Assembly (NCBI GenBank): GCA_022605425.2
Contig: JAKIMF020000005.1
Span: 930,001-994,000, forward strand
Direction: 5' to 3'
DNA: 64,000 nt
Origin: Hamiltosporidium tvaerminnensis FI-OER-3-3
Lineage: Eukaryota; Fungi; Microsporidia
A program made the translations under genes and the position numbers. Under the pieces are notes generated by a model. The model saw only the letters and a program-made list of their open reading frames with translations. It was not told the DNA's origin and made no database searches. Shown here one piece after another: positions 49,186-59,400 of this stretch. The stretch's first letter is position 1. Every line of letters starts with the position of its first letter.

Positions 49186-49570
49186 TATATTTAAGATTTT
49201 AAGTTCTCGATATTTTCCTTGTTTTATTTAGGCTCTCTTTATATTTTGAATTTTAAGTCCTAAGACTTTTTTCATATTTAGGATTTTAAGTTCTCGATAT
49301 TTTCATTGTTTTTATTGTAGGCTCTCTTTATATTTTGAATTTTAAGTCCTAAGACTTTTTTCATATTTAGGATTTTAAGTTCTCGATATTTTCCTTGTTT
49401 TATTGTAGGCTCTCTTTATATTTTGAATTTTAAGTCCTAAGACTTTTTTCATATTTAGGATTTTAAGTTCTGGATATTTTCATTGTTTTTATTGTAGGCT
49501 CTCTTTATATTTTGAATTTTAAGTCCTAAGACTTTTTTCATATTTCGGATGTAAAGTTCCCTGATATTTT
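49186..49570 (+). repeat. ~88-bp tandem repeat, about 4.3 copies, downstream of the RdRP
   Basis: GATTTTAAGTTCTCGATATTTTC..AGGCTCTCTTTATATTTTGAATTTTAAGTCCTAAGACTTTTTTCATATTT repeated. Confidence 0.93.
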
Positions 49571-51744
49571 TATCATAAGCTTTCTTTATATATTTGACTT
49601 TAGTTTTCGTATTTATTAGCTATTTGTTCCACCAATTGAACTTTAGAGTGTTTTTTTTATATTTTAGCTTTTAAGTTTTCGGTTTATTTATTGTTTTTAG
49701 TGTCAGTTTCTTTACAAAAATTGACTTTTAGAGTGCTTTTCAGGACGAAAGATAAGACCATGTGTTTTTTTATAATTCCGAGGTTTTGAAGGAATTTTTT
49801 TTTATTATTTCGAATTTTATAATTCTTTGTTTTTGATATTGCTATTTCACTAAAAAGGTTCGTGTTTATAAATATCTAGGAATGACAAAAGATATCAGAG
49901 TGTAATCCGAAATGTATTTTATTCTAAAGAAAATATTGACAAAAGGGTTGAAACCCTTTAATAATATTAAAATATTTTTTTTTGTTCCATGTTTTAACAT
50001 TCATATCGTATATTAACTATTATATGGAAATGCTTCGCTTTTAAACGATTGAATTCTATATGCCAGTAATTAAATGCATATAGTGTAGTTAAATAACAAA
50101 GCATGTCTACGCCCGGGATATTCAAATGGTTGTATATACCTAAGATAGAACTTTATAGTATCTATTCATTATTAAGTCTGAAATTTAGCATACGATTTTG
50201 ATCTTCTGATTTGAGTAATCAAATATGAACCAGAGAATTTGTAAAAAAATGTATTCTATGATAATCTAATCAACTCGGCTACTTAAAGACTTCTTCTGAT
50301 TTATAATTAAAATCGAATTATATTTCATAAAAAGCAAAGTTTTAAACTTTTCTAACTTGTTGGTTTATATCAAATAGAAGCTTTAAAATAACATTTAAAG
50401 TCGAATGATAACTAAGAGAGAAGAATCGGCTCTTCATTGTGGTTAAATAAGGCAACTCAGCTAAGTAATGAAAAAGTGTCCGATTATTTTATATATAAAT
50501 AACATTTTAAACGCAAAAAAAATTTTAACTACTTTTAATTTTGAAAATTCTGTGAAATATTACACTATTTAGGTAGGACATGCCTTAACGAGAATATATT
50601 AGATAGTAAAGAATACACTATCTCATGCAAATGCTTCTTCTAAAACAGTATAAATTTAAGTATTTAAAAATTATCGGGTGTGATTCTGTACCAGAAATTC
50701 TTACAAACTTATTTTGAACACAATAAAAATATTTGAAAAAAACCCGAAGTATAACTTAAAGTTTCTAAAAGAGGTACAGATAATTCGGAATGTTCCAAAA
50801 AGCTTTCTCATTAAAATATTAAATTGCTTACAAAATATATTTCAAATCTTCTATTTTAAAATATCTACGAGGTGCGGAAGTATCAAAATGAGCTTCTTAG
50901 CTTTTGTAATGTATTTAAAATTCTTATTTGATATTCTTGCAAAGTCTTATGGCAAAAGGATATAAAAATTATATTATGAAGCACTTATATCAGTTAAAAT
51001 AATAGTATATTTATGTTCTATGAATCCCAAAAATATACTGTATTCAATTTATTGGGGCTCGAAAAAACCTGGCGGCAAATCAAATGCCGATAAAGAGCAA
51101 ATAAAAGAGCCACAAAAAGGTAGTATTTTAACAGAAATACACAATTAATCAATAATGAACACAAACTTAAGCTATGTATTTATAAATAAGAAAGTATTAA
51201 CAAAATATGAAATAATTCTGTATTAAAGGGATTTATTAAAATAAACACATAATCAAAGCAATCAAAATGAGAAATATGGAAAGAATTCAAATATTAAAAG
51301 CGGATAAATTCAAATTATAAAATGTAAGCCTAGCAGGCAATACATCAAACAAAATGATTTCAAGCTAGCTAACCTTCGGTTTTAAACCTTAGAAAAATAT
51401 ATTAAACACAATAGATATAAAATTTAATTTGACAATATCTGAACTAACATTGTCAAGAAACTTTCGTATATAGTAATTCATTCTCATAATTGTTTAACGA
51501 GACATAGTTTTTAATTTGTAAAATATCTAAATTTTTAAATTATTCTTAAGTAAAATTTTGCAAGGAAATCTAAAAATTTATGAATCATGAAGAAAAATTT
51601 TATTTTATTGTTATCATCATTTAGTAAATATATAATTTTATAATTAAAAAATGATCATATAACATGTGACTTGATTGTAAAGTGGTTTATAGCATTATTT
51701 TTCATATTTTGAATATTTGTTATTGTAGTATTTACTTATTCAGT

Positions 51745-51945
51745 TCTTTTTTTGCCTCTATTTTTCGAAGACAAATAATTTTTTTCCATGTGTTTCTTTT
51801 AATCTGCTGTGATTTGAGATTATCGGGAATTAGCTTATACATCTAGTGTGGTTTATATCCCACATAAAAGGCAATAAAAATTTTCTAACCAATTCTACAT
51901 AATAATGTCAGTCTGATGGATTTTATTGTAGTTATCTTCTCTCCA
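51745..51945 (-). repeat. ~210-bp dispersed repeat, copy 3 (diverged)
   Basis: TGTTTCTTTTAATC..GATTATCGGGAATT..GTGTGGTTTATATC..GTTATCTTCTCTCCA. Confidence 0.75.
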
Positions 51946-52288
51946 TTTTCATTGAAATTTTATAAGAATAAATATATATGTGTAATATATTCATTGATTT
52001 CTCAATATACATAACCAATTAAAATAAGTTTTCAAAAAAATCACAGATTTATTCAATAGAATGTTGTGAATCATAATATCAAAAGTCGTGCGCTTTGAAT
52101 AAACCAAAGAAACCCAAACAAAACCTATTTTGATAGAAAGATGAAAATTTCAAGATTTGAAGACAAATAAAAGAAGGAAATATAAAATATAAATTAATTA
52201 TTTATTGTTTATTGTTTACTCTTCACTATGTTTCGAATTGGTTTTCGTCAAAATTGATTTCAGAAACATAATATATAGAGGCATATTT

Positions 52289-54667
52289 CTATAAAAAAAT
52301 ATAATTTTCGCTAGAATTAATTTCGCCGAAGTATTCTATTAACTTAAATTTGGTCCTTTCTGTATAAATTTTTCTGGAAAAGAAGTAATTGTTGAAATAA
52401 GAATTCATCGAGAAATCGAAATTATGTCCATGACCTTCGAAAAACGATATTTTTAAATTTCTGAGGTGTTTAAAACTTTGTAAATACAGAAAATCATTTA
52501 AAGTTAATTCTACATATGAAAGATCTAAGTATTTCAAAGAACTCAAAAAATTACAATTTCTACCTAATTCACATAAACTGGTGTTTAAAAACTCACATCG
52601 CGAAATATTTAATTGGATTAGAACCTCGAGGTATTTAATTCGATTTAAATCATCAGCCGATAAAATACCCCAGATGTAAGAGAGTTTTTTCAGAGTTAAA
52701 TTACAATTTGAGTTTAATTTATTAAGCGAACACAAATGTAATTGAAGACCAGAAAGAGTTAATTTTTCTAAATAATTCAATTTCTCTAAAATATCGAAAT
52801 CTCTAAAAGAATTAAGAATAGAACCTTTTAAATTCAAACATCGTATGTTTGTTGCCATAACATGATGAGTTTTAAAATTTTTAATTGCTTCCAAGTCACA
52901 AAACTTTAGAGACAAAAATTCTAAGTTCTTTAATCGAAATATTTGAACCAAACTATAGGCGCTTATATTGATACTTCTCAAACCTAGATGAGTTAAATGA
53001 TTTGGGTTCGATAATACTTCCAGTTTTAAGATTTTTTTCTTGTAATTATAATTATTTATGTGTAAAAATTGTATTCTTTTATTTTGAAACACAGAATTTA
53101 AGAATTTATTGCTAAAATATTCATGTTCAATTATTAAGGTACTCAATTGTTTCATATTTTCTATAACTTTATGAAATTTTCGATTCATTTTTTTATCTGG
53201 TTGATAATTGGATAACTTTAAAGTTTGTAAAGCTGGAAAATTTCGTAAAATTTTGCAAAGTTCTTTGTTTATTCTATAATTAAAAAACCGTATTTCTAAA
53301 TACTGAACACCTAAAGTATTCTCTAGGCTATCGAATCCTCTGATAAAATTTTCCTCTACAGATTCCGAGTTAAATGAAAGTATAATTTTTTCTATATTAA
53401 GTCTATCAATAAATTCGATCCATGTAAACATTGTTTCAACATTTTTAAGTTCAATATATTTCAATGTCTTGTTTTTATTCATGTAAACATCAAAAAAATG
53501 AATATCAATCTTCAATACAACATTATTTAATATGATTCCTTTTAGTTTTTGACTTTTTAGAAAAATTAGAAAATAATTATTCTCCACACTTAAATTACAC
53601 AAACCAAAATATTCTAACTTGAGATCGATCGCTTTATTTAATTCATATAAAATTCTTTCTGACGAGTATAAAAGATTGGAAATTATTATCGATTTAAAAG
53701 AGACAGTTGAACGCTTAAAAATACGAAAATCTGCTTTATGTTTTTCTGATTCTTCAAAATTATTTATTATCAATGATTTTATATCGATTTCATTTAGCAA
53801 GATATGAAAATAGTTTGAAATACTGACATTTTTGAAAACTCTTTCCAATTTGTAAAATACTCTATAATCATTTATCAAAAGATTTTTATATGGTATATGT
53901 TCATTAAAAAAATCAGTTTCATAATCATCTTTACTATTGTTAAGCAATATTAAATTATCTTCGTAAAAAACATGATAAATCATAAAATTGTTAAGAAGAG
54001 CTGAAATAAGATTTTTCTTATTGAAAAACTCAAGATTTTTAAAAATATCAGGTTTAAATAGATTTTCTAAAACCAAGTACTTATTATTTGAGTCAATTCC
54101 ATATTGCTGAGCATACATTCTTAAAATTAGGATTTCTAGAAATTTTAGTACATTTTCTTGTCTAACTACTTTAAGATATTTAAAAGTTAAAAACAGAGTT
54201 ATTACTAGATTAAAGTCTATTTTTTCTGGTAGTGAAGAAATATCCTCAGTAAGTTTTAAATCGTAAATTATGTCAAAATTACATTCGATCTTTCCATTAT
54301 TATCTTCCATTGTATTTGCAACTAAAATTTTATCAAAAACTTCATATTTAATAAAATTTTCCTTTTTATATGTATAAACACGATTTAACTCATTTTTTTG
54401 CGGTTTATTTGATTTAATAGAAACCTTCAAGTAATAATCACATTCGAATTCGTTATTAACAGCTGTATTAGTTTCAATTTCATGATAAAATAATATTTCA
54501 GAATTTTTATTTTTTTCAAACCAGTAAACAAATTTATGTGCGGTAACAAAATTTATCTGAAAAAAAATCCAGAGTATTAAATTTGTAACATAGAATTTTT
54601 CATAAAACATTCTTTTTGTTTTAAAATAAGCATATAAATTCATGGACGTATTCTTATCTTCCGACAT
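52289..54667 (-). CDS. Lineage-specific leucine-rich-repeat protein, possibly secreted
   Basis: 792 aa; signal-like LILWIFFQINFVTA; LQTLKLS, LEFLSLKFC, LEKLTLSGL and LKYLDLSY repeats. Confidence 0.8.
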   Translation of the reverse strand: MSEDKNTSMNLYAYFKTKRMFYEKFYVTNLILWIFFQINFVTAHKFVYWFEKNKNSEILFYHEIETNTAVNNEFECDYYLKVSIKSNKPQKNELNRVYTYKKENFIKYEVFDKILVANTMEDNNGKIECNFDIIYDLKLTEDISSLPEKIDFNLVITLFLTFKYLKVVRQENVLKFLEILILRMYAQQYGIDSNNKYLVLENLFKPDIFKNLEFFNKKNLISALLNNFMIYHVFYEDNLILLNNSKDDYETDFFNEHIPYKNLLINDYRVFYKLERVFKNVSISNYFHILLNEIDIKSLIINNFEESEKHKADFRIFKRSTVSFKSIIISNLLYSSERILYELNKAIDLKLEYFGLCNLSVENNYFLIFLKSQKLKGIILNNVVLKIDIHFFDVYMNKNKTLKYIELKNVETMFTWIEFIDRLNIEKIILSFNSESVEENFIRGFDSLENTLGVQYLEIRFFNYRINKELCKILRNFPALQTLKLSNYQPDKKMNRKFHKVIENMKQLSTLIIEHEYFSNKFLNSVFQNKRIQFLHINNYNYKKKILKLEVLSNPNHLTHLGLRSINISAYSLVQIFRLKNLEFLSLKFCDLEAIKNFKTHHVMATNIRCLNLKGSILNSFRDFDILEKLNYLEKLTLSGLQLHLCSLNKLNSNCNLTLKKLSYIWGILSADDLNRIKYLEVLIQLNISRCEFLNTSLCELGRNCNFLSSLKYLDLSYVELTLNDFLYLQSFKHLRNLKISFFEGHGHNFDFSMNSYFNNYFFSRKIYTERTKFKLIEYFGEINSSENYIFL

Positions 54668-56134
54668 ATCAACTATTTTTGCCTTGTTTTATCAGTGATA
54701 AAACAATTTTTTTTTGATATCTATACTAATGAGGTAAATTAAAAATTTGGAAATCGAAATAAATTGTGATTGAAAAATAAACAACAAAAAATGTTTTATC
54801 TATTACAGAAGTTTATAAAAACTTTTTATATAGATAAATAATCATCAAAGTTTGTTCCTTGTGTTTAGTCTATAATTATTATCACACAAAATAAATGCTT
54901 GGCAAATCTACATTTTTCGTTTTCCATTAAAAACTCTTTAATAATGAAAAATTAATATTAGATTTAAGGCACTAACCACCCAATATACATTGTATATATT
55001 TATTAAGCGAGATTTTATTTAAAATTTCATACAATTATATTGGCTTTTATCAATGTAAGTCGTAAAATTTTACAACTTGTTATAGGAAATTTTAAAATTA
55101 TCTCCAAAAACATGGTTTTAAATGTAAAAATAAAGCTATTCGATTTAAACATAATTTATTTACTAAAAAGCTATAAACAATTAAAAAACGAATAATTTAT
55201 AAAAAAAACAATTTCACATTTTCTAAATAATACATACTTTTAGAATCAAAAAAGTATTATAACTATTATCTGAATATTTAATTATAGAGATTTACAAAAA
55301 AAACATTACATAAAAGAAAATTAGATGAAATTAATACCTTAATGTCCATTAATTCATTGTATATACATATATCAATTAGCTAAATAAGTATTTATAATAG
55401 ATAATAATTACTGCGTGAAAATGCTATTAAAAATATTCTGGTAAAATAAACAGAAATAATATGTATTGATCTTATTTTGAGCCAAACTTATCTGTTAGTA
55501 CAAAATATAATACACACACATAAAATAAATTGATTTTATAATAAATTTTAATATATAGTTTATTCGAATTAAAGAAAGTAATTTACATAGAACAAAATAC
55601 AATTCCAATGTATATTCACAATATTGAGATTTGTTAAAATTCGGTATGTCTTCTACTTACACAAAAACTTCCTTAATGAATTTCTTATGTAAAATATATA
55701 ATGAATCAAAAATAATTTTATATGTAAATTTAATGATTTTTAAATCGTATTTAAAGAATATTTTATTAAATTGTAATGTAATATTATGTGTTTTAAATTC
55801 CTTTCAACATATTATTGTTTTGTTTCTTCTTTATTTTTTATTTGCTCTTCTATATTTTGAAAAAAGCTAAAAACCTGTAAAATTTTATTATCAAATAAGA
55901 ATTTATAATTTTTATGTTTTTTTGGCTTAAGACTAGTTATTGTTACGTATGTTTCAATAAAATATATTTAAGGATTTCTGTCTTTCTTTTATGAAATAAA
56001 TTAGATTTTTTTTCTAAGTATCTTAATAATATAGTATTTCTTACTTAATTAAATCAAATAAATATTTTATACAGACCCTATTATATCTCTAGTCATAATA
56101 TAATTAGATGTTCTTTAGAATACATCTTTAAATA

Positions 56135-56192
56135 TTTTGTCTCAATACCATCCCAGGTCATCATATAAGGAATTATCTCAAAACTACATTTT
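56135..56192 (-). mobile_element. Short retrotransposon fragment
   Basis: CAATACCATCCCAGGTCATCATATAAGGAATTATCTCAA matches ~28432-28470. Confidence 0.75.
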
Positions 56193-56256
56193 AAAAAAGA
56201 CAAAATTTTATAATAAAATGTATTTCTTACTGGTAAATACAAGTTATACAAATATA

Positions 56257-57982
56257 GGGTTTTTCGATCAATATAATAATCCTTGCAATCAATATAATAA
56301 TTTTTCGATCAATATAATAATCCTTGCAATCAATATAATAATTTTTCGATCAATATAATAATTTTTCGATCAATATAATAATCCTTGCAATCAATATAAT
56401 AATCCTTGCAATCAATATAATAATTATTTTTAAAAAATAGAAATTTAAAAAAAAATTAAAAAAATAGAAATTTATCAAATAAAAATTTAAAAAATAAAAT
56501 TATAAATAGTACTTGAGATTTATTATTACTCAAGAATCATTTGCCCTACCTCAGCCTTTTGCAAATATCCTAACATTTTACGGTAAAAAGAACTACAATG
56601 TTCTCCCGTGATTTCATTAAATTTTTCATAAATTAATATTCTCAACTGAGGCTCAGTACGAGCACCACCTCGAATTACTTTATTTTTCCAGACTGAGAAT
56701 ACATTCTCAATTGGATTAAGAAATGGAGAGTAAGGTGGAAGATATTTTATTCGATACGAAGCAATTTCCTCATCATCATTCAATCCACGATAGTGATGAA
56801 TTCTCGCATTGTCCATTACAAATATTGGAGTCAAAATTCCTTGCCTTTGACAACCTTCATTAATCTCCTTAATAAATAATTTGAAATCCTCACCATTTAC
56901 GGCCCTCTCATGAACCTTATTGTATATCATACCATATTTGTTCATTGCTGCGACTACTGAAATATTTCTACTTCGAGCTGCTGTTACAGATAGGTATGCA
57001 GATTCACCTTTCATGTTACGACCTCTACTGGGGCGTGTGACTACTGCAAACCCAACTTCATCTAAAAAGACAAAGTTTTTGTCATCGTTATCAACCTCCA
57101 ACTCACGAAAACTAGTTGCGTAATTGGTTCTTAGCTCAATTGTCGAAAGTGTATTTCTACGCTCAGACACTAATGTTACACGCTTTAGAGTGTAATGGAA
57201 CTCCCTTAGTGCGCGATCAATTGTACTAGTTGACACATCAATATTAAATGTACATTTGACCCATTCTGCCAACTCATACAGGGTTTTTGTACATTCCAAA
57301 TCAACATAGGCTTGTAAGCTCTCTTTTATTTCCAAGCTTAACTTTGAGCGCCTATCACCACCTCTTTTATCGACAAATACCAAGCCAGTTTTTATATATC
57401 GTCTAACGATACTATTAACCGTCTGGTAATTTATTCGATACATCGAGGCAATTGCGGACATAGAATAGCCTTCTAATGTCTTTTCAATTATGCGTTCCCG
57501 ATCATTAATAGAAACTTTTTGTTTCCTCAGAGTTGGAATGGTGGATATTGAGAGATTTTCATCATGCGATCCAGATGTTTCTACAAGACACTTCAAAACA
57601 TTGTCATTTTCGCACTCTATATATTCCGGTGTTTCACCTACATGAAAATCATATTTGTTCTCGTTGGTATTTTTACCTGAAAAAGAATTTGACATGGGAG
57701 TTAATTTTATAATGAATGAATTATTTTTTAAATTTTTATTTTATAAATTTCTATTTTTTTAATTTTTTTTTAAATTTCTATTTTTTAAAAATAATTATTA
57801 TATTGATTGCAAGGATTATTATATTGATTGCAAGGATTATTATATTGATTGCAAGGATTATTATATTGATCGAAAAATTATTATATTGATCGAAAAATTA
57901 TTATATTGATTGCAAGGATTATTATATTGATCGAAAAATTATTATATTGATTGCAAGGATTATTATATTGATCGAAAAACCC
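56257..57982 (-). mobile_element. Intact Tc1/mariner-IS630 DNA transposon with ~240-260-bp TIRs
   Basis: GGGTTTTTCGATC...GATCGAAAAACCC ends flanked by TA; TIRs ~56257-56497 and ~57721-57982. Confidence 0.95.
56526..57695 (-). CDS. DD34E transposase
   Basis: N-terminal HTH region, LDEVGF, MDNARIH, LPPYSPFLNPIE; 34 residues between the second D and E. Confidence 0.95.
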   Translation of the reverse strand: MSNSFSGKNTNENKYDFHVGETPEYIECENDNVLKCLVETSGSHDENLSISTIPTLRKQKVSINDRERIIEKTLEGYSMSAIASMYRINYQTVNSIVRRYIKTGLVFVDKRGGDRRSKLSLEIKESLQAYVDLECTKTLYELAEWVKCTFNIDVSTSTIDRALREFHYTLKRVTLVSERRNTLSTIELRTNYATSFRELEVDNDDKNFVFLDEVGFAVVTRPSRGRNMKGESAYLSVTAARSRNISVVAAMNKYGMIYNKVHERAVNGEDFKLFIKEINEGCQRQGILTPIFVMDNARIHHYRGLNDDEEIASYRIKYLPPYSPFLNPIENVFSVWKNKVIRGGARTEPQLRILIYEKFNEITGEHCSSFYRKMLGYLQKAEVGQMILE

Positions 57983-58310
57983 TATATATTCATACTTCAA
58001 TAAACTTTATATTTTTAAACTTTTATCTAAATAAAATCCTAATTTTTTTATTTTAAAGTTTAATATCTGTTTTAATTTTGGTATTTCCTCTTTTATTTAC
58101 ACATATACATTCTAAAGAAACTTTCTTGAAAATAAAATATTTTTTTTGCTATAATTGTATTTATTTTCATATAAGAATAGAAAAAGAAATATCTATTAAA
58201 TCGTTAATTTGATAAAAGTTGAATGAATTTATTTTTTCATACAATACCCATGTATAATACTAACACTTCTTATTTATTTAAATATTTTTTAATCTGTTTC
58301 TACCCTCTTA

Positions 58311-59030
58311 TGTGAGGGAGAACAACCACATAAAAAACTTTCTGCTTGGTAATGAGTGTGTGAAACTGGTGTGAGATCCTTGTTTGGATTTTTGGTGGAA
58401 TCAAACCATACTACATTTTAGGTTGTTTTATGGGGGTTGTTATAGAGAGGAGAGGTCTGGGAAATAACGAAACTTGATCTATATATAAATTTATTTGTAG
58501 TTTTTTATGTAACCAGATTGCAGACCGCAAGTGAACATGTAGGTAATTGCCATGTAAAAGCATGGAAAACCTAGCCTTGTTTACTCGGGTTAGAAGACTA
58601 TGTGCCTGGAAGATATAAAAACAAAAACCATAAAAGACAGAAGAGCTAAGTGGCAGATTATACCTGTTGGTATGACATTGCACTGTCTAGGTGGACCCAT
58701 GTAAATCACTGAAATGTATCTTAGCTAGAAGTTTATTGGGTTCTGAAATTGCAGAGTAAATGAGAATGCTGCATAGTCTTGGGGGAGCCCAGGGGAGGCT
58801 TCAGCCTTCGATAACACACCATGCAACGTACATTAACGAACTCCGGGCAACTGCCTCGTCTATTAATTGGGTTTTACACACCTGGTAGATGAAAGGCTTT
58901 GGGACTTAGGTATCGTAGGAGGTACTTATAGAGTGGTGGAATAGCAGTCATTTATGTTAAACCTAGAACTACGTTAATGTCATAAAAACAAGGGTAACAC
59001 TTGCCACTATTTTAAAAAGATGTGAGATTT
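58311..59030 (+). repeat. ~700-bp non-coding dispersed element, copy 3
   Basis: End-to-end inverted match to 19545-20256. Confidence 0.9.
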
Positions 59031-59400
59031 TTAAATAAAGTCTACCTCTTCTTAGAATAAATATCTAGTTAAATTAATATATTGCTATTTTAAAAAATAT
59101 TTTTCTTCTCTTCTTAAAAATACTTAATTAATTAAATTAATTTTCTTAATCTTCTTATAATCCAATATGTATATCACTATTACTATTACTATCTATATAT
59201 ATATAAATATCAATTATCATATTAATGTGTTGTTTTAGCAATCTTTAAAATTTTTATATAAAAAAACTTACAAATTTAAACTAAAAGTAAATTTTTATAA
59301 AATTTAATTAAAAAGCTACTCGGCCTGTATAAATCAAAAGTAAAAAAAGCCTAAAATTCACCAAATTTAAGAAACAATTATTTACAAAAAAATAAATTAA

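Noticed and set aside
55054-55085. GTAAGT..TAG candidate mini-intron
   Set aside because: No flanking ORF is restored by splicing
56257-56424. Regular 20-21-bp repeats resembling a CRISPR array
   Set aside because: No unique spacers; mirrored at 57.8-58.0 kb as transposon TIRs; eukaryotic context
58411-58683. ORFs within the 700-bp element (also 19975-20172)
   Set aside because: Not conserved in frame or strand between copies
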